NCBI GenBank assembly: GCA_965235115.1
Contig: OZ249436.1
Location: 10,728,001-10,792,000 of the forward strand
Length of the DNA stretch: 64,000 nucleotides
Direction of reading: 5' to 3'
From: Laetmonice hystrix
Taxonomy: Eukaryota
The position numbers were made by a program, and so were the translations under genes. Below the pieces are notes generated by a model. That model saw only the letters and a program-made list of their open reading frames with translations. It searched no databases and was not told the origin of the DNA. The number at the start of each line of letters is the position of its first letter. The stretch's first letter is position 1. Positions 25,155 through 38,363 of this stretch are shown in pieces.

Positions 25155-26620
25155 AGTAACGCAGCCATGAACTCAAAATGTGCATATATCTTAAAGAAAA
25201 GACCATCGCCAGTCTGTACAGGCCAGGCACACATGCCGTGATATTCTAAGCAAGTTAAAAAATATTTAAACACAATTGGTGCTCAGATAGTTAAGATATA
25301 GGCACTTTAGTGCCGGAGGCTTCTTACATCCTGCTCAGCTGCATGGTGAAGGCCGCCATTCACCGTCTGCTCCTTGGGCTAATCTCAAACTGCGCATGGT
25401 CGCCCTAGGCGAGCATGCGCAGCACGACTGCTCTCCAGTTTGGGAGGAACTAAAAACTGACGCACCTGTTGCGTTGATCGATTTGGAAGGCAGCGAACGT
25501 TGACAGCTTATAAGCAAAATTTGTTAGAACATAGACGAAAACCATCGATAGTGATGAGGAATGGCTAGAAAAAGCCTACCGATGTCCGGGGACATATCAG
25601 GGTGGACACGGATCTGGGCAGCCGTGGGTTTCGGCCGCCTGCATTCGTCCCACTCGGATTCGTGTCATGTTGACGGGAGCTCATGGGCCCTGAGGCCCGG
25701 CGCCACTCTGGCTACGACCGCGAGCAATGGCAGCTAGTGTCAGCATGGTCAGCACAGACCTGCTGCGTTTAGTTGTGACTGTGACTGTGACTGTGGGACT
25801 GACCCCCGTCGATTTGCCACCCGCCTCGGCTGCCTTTAGCCTAGTATAGCCTAGCCCTGGCATGCAAAAGATTAGCCCTGGAACGTCACTTCCGGTCAGC
25901 CCAATAGCAACAAATGGCTGCGCTGCTGAAGCCAGTGATTTTGACACGGTTGTCATGTTCAACATATGACTTCTTGGAATAGGGCGACATTTATTTCCAA
26001 CCACTACTCTGAAAGGTGAGTATATATAGAGGCCTTGCAGCTGTCCAAATGTGATTTTTGACTGGACTTCTCCTAAACTAGATGTCACCGTGTTCGTTTT
26101 TGAGTTATTACCTGAGAAAAAAAGTGTGTTTCGTGAAAAATTGTAATTTTTGATCATTTTTATTTTTTGATACTGTGTCACAAAAACGATAGAAAAATAG
26201 AAGAAAATACTTTGTATTGTTGCGTTAGAACCTAGTTACCTTTATAACGCTGGTAAAAAATACATTAAGAAAGATTTGTGCCACCTAGCGACTAGTTTCC
26301 GGGTGACAAGTGAAGTGAGTGAAATATTTCATGAACATTGAAAAAATTCAGATTAAATTGGCTCCAACAGTTTTTCTTATTTTTTCTGTCTCCTTACACA
26401 ATGCCAGATTGGTATGCAAAATTCCATCATGCCTTTCCGACCTACTTTTTTCAAAAAAATGCCTTGAAATTAAAAAAAAAATCACGGTTTTACCTTTTCA
26501 AGCTAGTAACCGATTTAAAATAATCCTTCTTCGCCATCAAAACATATGCCATCTAACTCCTAATCCGAAATCGTCGCACATGCGCGAACAGGATACGCGC
26601 AAAACCATGGATCCATTACC
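25155..26620. mobile_element. Older TTAA-flanked (Kolobok-like) non-autonomous element hosting a nested insertion
   Basis: TTAA|AGTAACGCAGCCATG at left and CATGGATCCATTACC|TTAA at right (imperfect TIR, RR...YY termini); interrupted at 25195-26074. Confidence 0.55.
25195..26074 (-). mobile_element. About 880-bp Kolobok-like non-autonomous element, copy 1
   Basis: Near-identical reverse complement of 47185-48067. Ends TTAA|AGAAAAGACCA and TGGACTTCTCCT (right TTAA degenerate). Confidence 0.88.
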
Positions 26621-28695
26621 TTAACTGTGTCTTGTATTATGTAAAATATTGAATGTATACATGTTTATAAGATAAGGCCGACGCAGACATGATAAACAAA
26701 GGTAACTCCGGAAAGGCGCTCACAAAACATGACTGATGTTTTATTTCGTTATCGCTACTTCCGGCGACCATTTTGTACAGAAGCGTCCGCTCAAACATTA
26801 AGACCTCAGCTGCGCCCTACGGGGCTGTTGACAGACACACGGACACGACCTAGATATATATAGGTGGCGTCACCAGCCACTGCAAGTCTCACACATGGAT
26901 CTCTTCCTCCTGTGTGGGACAGACGGTATGATTTTCGATATGATTTCTCAGACGTTGCGTTGAAAAGTTAGCGGCGTCCAATTAAAGTCACCCGTATGCA
27001 AACGCAAGGTTAAAACCTTCAAGTCCGGATGTCAGATAGGAAGACCTACAGAACAATCCTGCGCGACTGCTTTTAAAGGCGACACACCTTACTGTTCGGA
27101 TTTCTTCATACGAGACCCATAACAACATCACCTCACGTACGCTGTGGCATTTACCTTTAAAATGATTGAAAGAACATAACCATACGAATTTCTGAAATGG
27201 CTCACTCGTGTTGATCCTCACAGTGGCCTTCGTCTTAAATAATCTGTATTTGATATTTTAGAAGTGGTCGTGAATCTGAACAGAAGAAATCCATATGTGG
27301 TGTGAATAGAAACAAAAACAGACCTGTGACTTATGCTAACGTATGTCCTATTCATAAGCAAAATGACTACGATTACATGTCTGACTTCAGTTGTGTTTTG
27401 GTTGATTGCTGGACATTAATTCTTCACGCCCCTCTAAGTAGAGGTTTGTCCTCGGTCTTGGCTGGTCCACCCTGCATCCGAACAGCAGCCATAATCCGCA
27501 GATGGACTGAAGATCAAAACAGCTTTTCCTAACACGAATGTGTCAGCCCATCAGTACTCGCGTTGACGTGAAAAGGTCAGAGTCAAGAGTTCCGTGACCT
27601 CACGCGAGACTCAGGGGCCTGGCGGAGAGGTCGCAGCAGCTAATCCACTTGTAGTTCGCTCTCTGACCACAGGCGGAGCTGTGATGACACTCAGGGACAA
27701 TTGTTCTGGAGTCTCTGGTCTATCTGTAGGTAGAAATGGTCACTGGTGTATAAAAGACGCCCTAAAACAAGGCCACACACAGACGCACTCAATGCATTCA
27801 TTCGCAGCATAATGTCCAAACCGTTGGGTCCTTTCACGTCTGTCGACTGTCGTCTGTGATCTTCGTCTGTATAATATTATAATGCTACCTGCCTACGAAC
27901 TGTAGAGCTTGGGACCAGCTACGTGGACAAAGAGGAAGACATTGTTCTACAAACTTTAACATGATATCAACAACGCAATTCTTGTTGTAATACATCAGCT
28001 ACAAGCACCTGCTTGAACATCGTGGCATTCATGGGACATCTTATTTACACTGTTCATATAGAAGTATATTCAGCTAGTATATCACACACTATTGCTCAGT
28101 TATATATAGTTAACATTGAATGACACAAAGTACTGATGGCCTAAAAATATTAATATGATCAGCTGAACGGGACGTGTAAAGGTGGGGGTGGGGGGGGGGG
28201 GGCGAAGTGAGCACAACGCGTAGCAATATTTTCAGTATTGGATCTTGCCAAAACGTCTTCCTGACTTTGGGTCACATGCCCTTTCTGCCGGGGGCGGTTC
28301 GACGGTCGGAGATGGATGTACAGTGGACAGATCTGTGCAGATAGATATTCCGAGGTCCAAAGTCGGCTGGAGGGTCAGTACAATGGGAATGGCCGCAGGG
28401 CCGGGCGTGATGCCTGTCTAGGGTTCGACTATTCATCAACATCCATGGACATTCCAACACCGACACTGTACTGACGGGGCACTTGATGGACTGGCGAATC
28501 GTGGCTTAAAGTAAGGAAACTTCTCAACGCGTGGAAGTTGAAAGGACGCGTGACTTCTATTCCCGGCAGTCGGTTTCAAGTGAGCTACCCGAGTGGAGTG
28601 GACGTTGTCCGTTGCATTTTTTGTCAGCATCTTGATAGGGACATGGACTAAGATGAATGGGGGCATTCACAGTAGTCCGCACATCTTCATATGAA

Positions 28696-30456
28696 TCACA
28701 CTGCTGTGAGTCTATCTATTTCGCACTGCATTTCGACGTCCTTCTCGGGTACTCGGTCCATTCTCCTCTCGCCCACAGCACGACCTTTGGCGGTCAGAAA
28801 GCGGCAGACATCGGCCATCAATTGGACGACCTCAAAGAGGGTCATCACCGAGATGCCGATCCACAACCCCAGCTGGCCTCCAATATCGGAGATCAACCGA
28901 ATGGCTTCGTAGTCGGGCGCTTCTGTAGTTTTAATGACGTTACTGTCAGCTATGTGGACGTTTAGTCGTGAAATGTGATCGGCCAGTTCGTTTTGGGTAC
29001 CATTGGCAAACTTCTTTTTCAATAACCTTTTCTTCTTCTTTGGCATCAACTCGAGAAATGCCGTGATGGTTGTGTAAAAGGCTGTGTGCTCTTCGGACTT
29101 TTCCGGGATGGTGGACAGACTGTAGGAGGAGTCGTAGACAATATCATTACACGGTGGGTAACAATTACATCTGTCCATGGCATCCGGGTCTCGTGTTGTC
29201 ATGTTATCATAGACGCCTTTTCGGCATTTCAGCTTGTTGCTCCATGTTCGTATAGGTTCCATACACTGCGTTATATTGTAGTCCACCATGCACTCATCAG
29301 GCATCCTCGGTAGTTCAAAGCAGTATGGGTGATTTTTCAGTTTTTTCGGCACAGAAATCCTGTTATCAATACATCCACACGTGTTGATTATGTTAGTTTG
29401 CAGGCAGTCATTCTGACACCCAATCAACGTGTAAAGATGTTCTCCATCATGTTCCGAGCTGGAGCAGTTCCCATGGGGGTGAGATATTCGCGAGTTTTCT
29501 CGCGCTTTGACGCCTATTGTTACAGAAAAGCCTGGCGCAATGTCAAATCCTTCAGCAGTAGGGTGTGGTAGGGTGTTTGGGGAGTGAATGACTACTCTTG
29601 CTCCTCTCCCACTGGCCAAGGCCGAGTCGGATTCCTCTACACCAGGGACCAAGTAGTCGTAATTCGAGTCAATTGTCAATTGGCCTGCACTTCCAGTGAA
29701 GAGCAGCAGCGAGAGCCCATATTCTATTCCTTGAAGCCGATTTGATGTTGACCGTTGCATGAGATTGGGTTTGAAGGTAAAGCAATTGAAATAGTAAGGG
29801 TCAAACAATTTCGCAAAAACGTGGGATATATTGCATTTTTCATTCATAAAAGTGCAGCTAACAATAAAATCTCTCAGTTGAATTCCACCTTTTGAAGCCA
29901 TATCAGGTCCTAGGTTGGCAATAAGGCCTAACCTTGAATATACTTCTAACATGTCCTCGCTTGTCTTCTCCCATGGAATATTCATCATTAGATACTGCTG
30001 AAAGAAGAACGAAGAGTACTCCCAGAACATTTCGTATTTTCTTTGGAAGGCGCCCAAGAATTCGTCGTCGTCTTCATCCTCAGTGATATTGCCTGCGACA
30101 TCTAGTATACTTTCAAGACGCTCTACAATGAGAACGTCGAGGTGTTTAGTGTTACATACAGACACCCAGGGAAACTGCACGGGCCTCTGTACGATTTGCA
30201 CGTTCACTTTCTTCGGGTAGCTGTAGTAGCGCTGGAGGAGTATAGCCGTCTGCCAGAAGAACATCCCGAAGGCCGCGAAGCAGATGATGGACCAGAAGAT
30301 GCGAGCAGGAACCGACTGGGCATTGATAATTCGAGGAACGCCATGCATGGACGTTGCGTAGGCGAACTCGCGGAAAACCCTGTGAACGTCGGTCCCCCGT
30401 CGGCGACGGTTGTTGTCGGCCAGGCCTCCGCGGGCGCTGTTGTGCATGTTCGACAT
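28696..30456 (-). CDS. DEG/ENaC (amiloride-sensitive Na+ channel family) subunit, FaNaC/MGIC-like; 586 aa, single coding exon
   Basis: Pre-TM1 HG motif (ATSMHGVPRII), TM1 (IFWSIICFAAFGMFFWQ), FPWVSVCN, FDPYYFNCFTF, GLSLLL, GARVVIH..P, Cys-rich thumb (CQNDCLQ..IINTCGC, CNCYPPC) and TM2 LISDIGGQLGLWIGISVMTLFE with a GxS filter. The track's start at 30483 is a non-ATG codon inside a splice acceptor; the first ATG is at 30456. Confidence 0.93.
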   Translation of the reverse strand: MSNMHNSARGGLADNNRRRRGTDVHRVFREFAYATSMHGVPRIINAQSVPARIFWSIICFAAFGMFFWQTAILLQRYYSYPKKVNVQIVQRPVQFPWVSVCNTKHLDVLIVERLESILDVAGNITEDEDDDEFLGAFQRKYEMFWEYSSFFFQQYLMMNIPWEKTSEDMLEVYSRLGLIANLGPDMASKGGIQLRDFIVSCTFMNEKCNISHVFAKLFDPYYFNCFTFKPNLMQRSTSNRLQGIEYGLSLLLFTGSAGQLTIDSNYDYLVPGVEESDSALASGRGARVVIHSPNTLPHPTAEGFDIAPGFSVTIGVKARENSRISHPHGNCSSSEHDGEHLYTLIGCQNDCLQTNIINTCGCIDNRISVPKKLKNHPYCFELPRMPDECMVDYNITQCMEPIRTWSNKLKCRKGVYDNMTTRDPDAMDRCNCYPPCNDIVYDSSYSLSTIPEKSEEHTAFYTTITAFLELMPKKKKRLLKKKFANGTQNELADHISRLNVHIADSNVIKTTEAPDYEAIRLISDIGGQLGLWIGISVMTLFEVVQLMADVCRFLTAKGRAVGERRMDRVPEKDVEMQCEIDRLTAV

Positions 30457-30468
30457 GGATGCTGCTGC

Positions 30469-30490
30469 CTGCAAGAATAACAACGATAAA
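30469..30490 (-). other. 3' splice acceptor 12 nt upstream of the channel ATG
   Basis: Minus strand TTTATCGTTGTTATTCTTGCAG|GCAGCAGCATCCATGTCG: pyrimidine-rich tract plus CAG. Confidence 0.7.
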
Positions 30491-33400
30491 TATTTATAGG
30501 TTCGCTAACAGCCGACAGAGATATAACTGGAGGCAATTCTCTAATTATATGCGCAGTGTATAGGCCCATTATTGCATTTTTGTCATTTGTTCTTTCGTTT
30601 CCTTGAATTGCGACCTCGCACGTGGAACTTCCCGAAAGAAAGTGAGGGGGAGGGAAAAAACAACGTTCAGGCTATAATGTACTTCAGGGTAATAACCGTT
30701 ATGGATATGATAATTTACAATGTTATAAACGCTGACTGTCGATAAGTGAACCGTGATCAATGGCGTTAACCGTGTTGCTATAACATCAACTATAAAATAG
30801 TGGTCTAACTCAACTGTTTCTATCTTCGTAGACAGTGCCGACAAATAATCTTAGATTGGAAAGTTGGGGCCAAACATTGAGAAAATAAGCAATCAATCTG
30901 AGGGTCTGGCACGGAGATCGATGGACTGAGAGATTTTTTGTGGAGTTTCCGTCTCAATGAATTAGATTTCATACCCGATACATATTGGTGAACGTCAGTT
31001 TTGTTATAAGCCAGCTACTTCTCTCGGTTTGACAATAACGCTTGCAGCATTCTCTAACGTATCTAAGACCATCGAAGCAATGAGGTCCCAACTGAATCGA
31101 CAGAGATCTGCTTCCTTCACAATTCAGTCGTTGTGTATGTGCCTGGTTATGAAGGATAGCTACCACCAATTCGGGGCTAGGGCGACGATAACTTTATCAC
31201 AGTAACCTGCCTAATCTCCCTCACTCTCGACAATCAGCTGAAAGTGTTTTTGGTGTGACATATGCACGATTTGGCCGTCGCGGTGCATTTGGTACATTTA
31301 GATGTGTTGGTGGCAGCTCGAAGGGTCTATAGATGTATAAAACTTTACTCAAGAATAGTTGCATAAATCATCGCGTTAATCATATCCGCGGACGTCATGG
31401 CCTTTCAGAATTCCGGATCCCGGCCCTATGAGTCATAGAAAAATAAATACCATTTTCGCGCCAATATTGACAGAAACTATAAGCTTAAGAGTGTTTTTTT
31501 TCAGGAAGGCCGGCAATTTGATGCAGTTTCTTGCTAGAAGTTACCGTCGGTATTCGATTAGTGCTTGGGGTTGGCAGTGAAACGTCCGACTCGAGACGAC
31601 TGTCTGAAGGAGTTATCCATCTTGTTCCGTGGCACAAGTCTTGGAAAAGAACCCAGTTAACTTGTGTGATCGATTCCAGGCAGGGATACTGTACCGCGGT
31701 GCCTCCCCCATCGATCATGATTCACGGACTACCATCTTTATGCTGCCCTTCATCTAACCGAAAAGTCTGAGAGAGGATACATGCTATTATTGGGTTAGTT
31801 TGCCTATTGTTCTTGAGGTGAAGAATACCACTCAACTATATCCACAGGAGTTTCTTATGATTACAAATCCCGGATCCGCCCCTGAGTTGTAACTATAAGA
31901 TCAACAATACGACTGCCGATTGAAGAAAGACTTGTCCAAATCAAATTCCGTAACATCGTAAACTGCTGTCTTGAAAGTATTACTACAACTACTTTATTCA
32001 GTTCTCAAAGACTCATATGTGTGGGTTATAATCTTTTCGTTTCGAAGGTGCACCTCCGTTTAACATTGAGACAAACAGTGCAAACATAGCATGCGTAACT
32101 TGTGCTTGATGAGAACAACCATCTGGAGAAATTTGCTATAATAGAAGCATTAGCGCCATGTAGGTATAGGCTTATATATTACTGATACATTTGACAAATA
32201 TATATGTACCACTAATTATTCCAAACCTGCAACAGTTGTGCAAGCAGCTCATTTAGACACAGGAAAAATGCAGATTTAGAAACCTGCCATAGACAAACAT
32301 TTCTTAACTATGGTTCGGTGGAGCCGTTACATGAAAGATTAATTTCACTCCATCTTTTGCAGCTAGTGTATTTTATGGTATCAATAGGAGCGATTTCCGG
32401 CAATATATCGAATTTAATCTCAGAGTCACACATAAGATGATTTATGAGCATGCCTTTTGTGAGTCCTCAAATGAAATAGAACCAATCTGAATATTGCTCA
32501 TATTAAAATGCATTGTGAAACATTAATATTCACCTTATAAACATTGGCGATAAGCAGTGTGATTTCCAGTTACGTGCAGATAGACTGGGCTGTATCTTGC
32601 CGATGGATTTAATTAAATTAATTTCTTCAAGGTGAACCAGATACTTGCAGACTTGGAAGTTATTTGTATAAATGATGGATATAGTTTCAGTTAAAACACC
32701 TTCATACAGTTTTTTTCATATTATATCACTATTTTACCACAGCGGACGTCCTCCTGCACTCTGACTAAGATTTCCATCGACTTTTATAAATCTCGACATC
32801 TAATTTATGTAATGCGAAATTGACAGGACACAGTTGAATGTGCGACTCTAGTATTACTGAGAACTTCTAAAGAGGGCATGTTGTAATTCTTTTGTCTAGT
32901 GAATGATATCGTCCTTAAGTCGCCTCGTGTGAAAGACGATCACATATAGGGTCTAAATCTCTTCAGAACAACATGTTTTACACGTGACTGGAACATCTTT
33001 TGGTGAACATCCAGTGAAGCCCTTCTCTGGCTGATAAACATATCTTCTTTTCCCAATTGCGCGTCGACTTTCACAAAATGATAAGCTGATACTCTCGGCA
33101 ATGATGTAACATTCGCCGAGCAAAGATAATATAGATATATTCAAACAGAAAATGAGGCAAAATACGACACGGAGATATCTCGACAGAAAACGTATAATAT
33201 ACATGTATATAAAATATACGTATACTCGAACTTGGATGGGTGAGTGTGAATGATGACTAATTCAGTATAGTAACGGGAGCAGTCTTTATACAGTAATCCT
33301 GTATAAGGATAATACTATACAGTATTAACCAAACACCTCTTCTAATACATATGTTAAATTCCATACCATTTAGAAATCCTCCTTTCAATTGTATTACCGT

Positions 33401-34562
33401 ATCCAAGTATGTGTAATGGGATTTTGATTTCAGAAAGGGATTGCCATTTCTTCTTGCCGTCTGTCTGTCCAATGACCATCACTAGCACCAACTGCTTAAA
33501 AGCATATCAAGGATGCATTGATATGGTGCCTTCATGCCGTAAGCAGCGCCTGCATGAGGCGATGATTTGTTCGTTATTTTAACCATTGGTATTCTCGTTC
33601 AATTATCTCTGCTATGACATGTTCCCATGTGTACGCCTTTAGTACAGCGATGTGGAGAGTCCAAGTCCTAGGATAGCTGGGACTGCACGACGCTGGGCGC
33701 GGTCGTTTAGAAAATAGCCGCGGCAAGTTGTGTTTAAAAAGATACGCAATGTAAACTGAGTCCTCCATGTGAGTGGCTACGACCACCCAACCTCATATTA
33801 CTGTGTATCACCAACGTAGGCCCTACAACCGAACAGTTAACTTGGTACAGTCATTTACAGAAAGCGCCCAAAGATATTATGTTGTAGCGGGAGATATGGT
33901 GTGTCTTTCCCGTAGACATAGAGGCCATGTGGGGCTCAGCAAATGCATCTTTCATGAGAGATGGATTCTGGAGGCGCCGCCTTTCTAAATGGTTGCCGTG
34001 GGAACGACGGAGTTTCGCCATTAATTGGTCCGCTGCTGCGAGATCACCTCTTGCCATGTCTGTATATTAGGACCAATGGTACAGAGCTTTTAAATGTAAC
34101 GTTCGGCTCATGCTATGCATAATGCCTGACAAGGACGATCATTTCTTGACGAAGATTAAATGGCAACTGTCTCGTTTCCTCTTTGAAGAATGGGCAAGGA
34201 GTCAAAACATGCACCACCAGTATCACATATTGCTTGGTTGATTCTCGTCTTACCTATAGATTTGTTTCTTTAGATTCGGGAGGTTTCTCCGCGAGAGACT
34301 CTGTTAATCAAGTTTAGAAAGACAATGAAATTACACAATCGGCAGCTCCCATTTGCAAATCGTTACAATTGTGCCTTCCCCTTCGGCTTCCTAATGGTTC
34401 TTCTGTTGGTATACTGCTATCTTATCGCTCGCTTCGATTTCAAACAATATAAATGCACATTTCAGACGACCTTTGCCACTGAATCCAATCGTTCTGATTT
34501 CCTTTCGGTTACTGTGAACAATTAAGGATAAAGATTAATTAATATTCTCGGCATCATTCGGA

Positions 34563-34753
34563 CAGTGATGTCGGAAGGGAATCACAAGGGTCACGCTCCC
34601 TTACCAAAGAAACTGAATGGGGCAAACTATGTCCTCCGACGATTCATGGTTCAGTGGGTCTATTTTACCGCTGCCGCGTACACAACATAAAATGCTCTTG
34701 GAACAGGGCCTAGCCCCCCCCCCCCCCCCACAAATTTGCTTCCGACATCACTG
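34563..34753. mobile_element. hAT-like MITE (CAGTG termini)
   Basis: Perfect 15-bp TIR CAGTGATGTCGGAAG / CTTCCGACATCACTG; no 8-bp TSD visible. Confidence 0.65.
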
Positions 34754-37700
34754 TATATAGATACGGATATAGATCTCGACATGTAGATCTACGTTTACAA
34801 TGATTCTGTTCAACTGGATCAGTGCATTACATATTATGCCGGAAAGTCTTAATGTTCAGTATGCACATATAAAATGTATTTTTATTTAATTTGTTCCATG
34901 AAGAACGATGGAGTATCACGACCCATGCATAGATATTTCAGGGTATAGATATCAGCAACCTTCTTGGTATATTATACGTTTCAAATGACATCGGAACTAG
35001 TCAGCGGTTCATCTTTATCATGGCAGAAGGCCATCGCAATCACGTGAGCGCTATATGAGAAACGATCAATCCTATCTTATTAAAGTTAAAAGGTGTTCCT
35101 CTGATGCATGGATACATAAAAGTATTCACTACCGAAAACCTGATTTATTCATTTTTTAAATAACTGTAATCCTCAACAACTTACATGACTCATACACTGG
35201 ACGACCGCTATACTGATTAATACCTATTGTAATAATGCATAGTGAATGTTTTTTCGAAATAGGATTATATTTGACAGATAAACACATCAGGACTATGCAT
35301 CATATTAGTGTTAAATAGAGAGAAAAAATTAATATGCTTTTACAGATAAAAAGACTTTGCTATATTATAATCTTACGAGTCTAAAAATTGGCACCAAAGA
35401 TTTCTCAAATACTTAGCGTTGAATCCCAGGGACACCTTGTTAACATTTCAGGTTAAGCGAAACATGAATTATGTTAGGTTTCCGAGTTACCCTACCACCC
35501 GCCCGCTATTTCTTCCAGCGCGGGCTGGCAACTATAGTGGTAATCTATTTTATAGAACACAGACTATTGCAGCGGAATCGGCGTGGAAGTCAATATGGAC
35601 ATTATTTTTCCATTACGCTTTTAACATACTTTCCTTTATCGCTCGACCCTGAAATTTTAATATGGTGCTCCTGGGGTTCAAAGGCAATTAACCGATGAAT
35701 TTTTTATGCAACTTTAAATCTGAAAACTGCATTTAATCATAGTCATCATGGTCGCTTTTTCACCACTTGTCCCAATGATTACATAATATTCGTAGACTGT
35801 ATCATGATGAAATTGAATTCCGTTCGAGCCAGTTCTGTCGAATAATCACCAGCCAGGTCTTGTGTATCGTGGGAGTGTGGTTATAACAGACCAGTTACAA
35901 CACGTTCCAGCGTTACTAGAATCCCCTCCCCGCGCCCACTACCTCAGCACCGTAAAATAAGCTCTTTGAAAAATACATTCAGAACATTGTCAAGGTGCTT
36001 CTTTTGATTAAATATATCCCTGGCCAGTTTCAATGAAGCGTCCATTAAGAGGACTGGCCCACATCCTGTCAGATTTACCTATAGGGAAATGACTTATCTA
36101 CGACAGCTCAACCGCACTTAAAATCCGGGAACAGTTTTCTTCCCTCCACATTACTGATCTCCTAAGTAGCGCTTTTATATATTACCGGCAATGAACCGGC
36201 GAGAGCTATATCACTCTATAGGCCTGTAACGAGTCACGTGATGGGATTCCGCATAAGCTTCTCATCAGCTGTAGTATACTCCGAGGAAAAAGGAAACGCA
36301 ACACGAGACTTATGGACAATCATTGTTAATGTCTACTTTGGATGGCTGTTTTCATTTGATTACTGCTTGAATTATTGAATGAAGGTTGAAATTCAGTCCA
36401 ACAAATTGTATTGCGTTTCTTTTTGCCATCAGTATTGTAAACCTAGAAATTGTATATAAGTCTTACGTCACTTGTAGTTTTCACGATTTTATGTAGTGAA
36501 CCTTTCACCGCACTAGATTTAAAAAAAAATATTCCAGGTATAGGAAAGCATAAAGGCAGGGCCTGGGCCTATCCTGCACTCGGGAAAAAGTCCATAGTCC
36601 ATTGTCGTTCCAGTTTGATCTGGTAAACTCCGTTTGGTAAACCTGTCCAGATAAAGCAGAGAAGGAGACTCTTAACTGAGGTGTCTCTTTTTGATTTGAA
36701 GGATGTTTATGTTACAACGGAGCTAGGAGGTTTCATTATGTATTAAGGCTCACGGGAGTTAAGGGCGATTTGAAGCCAGTAAGGTTCCTTCAGACTTGCA
36801 TTCAAATTTCACCAATAATAACTTCCATTCGTCAAAAATCAATAAAACGTCTACACGGAATACAACTGAGATCTGTTATTTGGGTTGCGGGCTACATGTA
36901 CTACTCTAATATAAGGATAATATCCTCATTCTTTCCTAAAATAAACATGTATGAAAGTCAATCATGAAGTTAATCTTCCCCCGGATGTAACACTTTTATA
37001 GTTATATTTGCTTTCAGTATATAGTTGACAAGTTAATCTACCAAATGGTGAGAAATATAAAATATTTCTCCCTAAAATTATTTGTCTAAATATATTAGTC
37101 TTGAAACCTACAAATCGAGTTTAATTTCAACCATGGACCCGGTTTCCATACGTTGGTGTGGTAGCATAGGAACTTTGAACGATGTGGGTATAGATTTACT
37201 AACAATGATGGATTGATGCTCCTCGATTTCTCCACCTACCATTGAAACCCAGCCCATGTGGTCCGTACGTTGGTGAGGGTATTGGTTGTCGCTCAGCATC
37301 ATGCATTATTTACCGTTGTTTTCCTACTCAATTTCCGCGCACTAGCTTACATTTCTACTTCTGACGTAAGACCGCGATTCAGACCCATCTTTCACACACG
37401 TTCCTTCGTCCTCAAGCTCACGCAATTACGCCAATATCGATTGGACCGTTCGTCAACTGTCAAACCGATCCTTTGCTCGCGGCTAACCAGTACGAACAAT
37501 GATCTGAGCAGTGGTCGGACCGAACCCAGGGCTAATTGTATGGGGGTAGGCAGAGCTTTAATTTGCTCCGCCAAACCTCAGAATCCAACAAATTAATGCT
37601 TCAAAGACATGGGTAATGTGAGACCGAGTTCAAGGAAAAAAATGTGATGAACCGGGGAGATTATATCCATGCACGTTAAAAATGAGCATCGACCCTACAT

Positions 37701-37977
37701 ATATTGATTTCCTTTCGCTATAATAACACATCAGATTTAGATTTATATTATAATGGTATCCATGGCAGTCATACCAAGGCACTGACTGTCTGGCAGGCTG
37801 TAACTTTTTTTTAAATTTGGTGACCCCCAATTTTTTTTTTGTCTTAAATTGTTAGTCCTGATCCACTTTATCTTGTCACCGAGTTTCAGGAGAAAATCAG
37901 TGGTCGTTTTTTTAACTATTAGTATTAGCAAGGATTATAGATTATTATTATAATGTCTGAAAAATCCCATTGAAATC

Positions 37978-38351
37978 TATGGAGCCCCGGAGGTGACATG
38001 CTGAAAATATTTTTTTTTAATCCGTGCGCACGGATTACTAAACCGTGCGCACGGATTACTAAACCGTGCGCACGGATTACTAAACCGTGCGCATGGATTA
38101 CTAAACCGTGGCCACGGTCTAGTAATTCGTGGCCACGAATTACTAAACCGTGCCCACGAATTATTAATTCGTGGCCACAAATTAATAAACCGTGCCCACG
38201 GTTTAGTAATCCGTGCGCACGGTTTAGTATTAGTAAACCTTGCGCATGGATTACTAAACCGTGCGCACGGATTACTAAACGGTTTACTAATTCGTGGCCA
38301 CAAATTAATAACAATAAATTATTTTCAGCATGTCACCTCCGGGGCTCCATA
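37978..38351. mobile_element. IS3EU-like MITE, copy 1, with internal 21-bp repeats
   Basis: GAAATC|TATGGAGCCCCGGAGGTGACATGCTGAAAATA ... TATTTTCAGCATGTCACCTCCGGGGCTCCATA|GAAATC: 32-bp TIR and 6-bp TSD. Interior is a CCGTGCGCACGGATTACTAAA array. Confidence 0.9.
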
Positions 38352-38363
38352 GAAATCTATATA

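Noticed and set aside
25681..26181. 166-aa ORF with a 184-aa 'paralogue' at 47114-47668
   Set aside because: Both lie in the duplicated 880-bp TE, start in unrelated flanks and show no recognisable domain.
28272..28695. Coding-looking sequence after the channel stop (readthrough or extension)
   Set aside because: A second in-frame stop follows after two codons, and the existing end forms a clean PDZ-binding motif; treated as 3' UTR.
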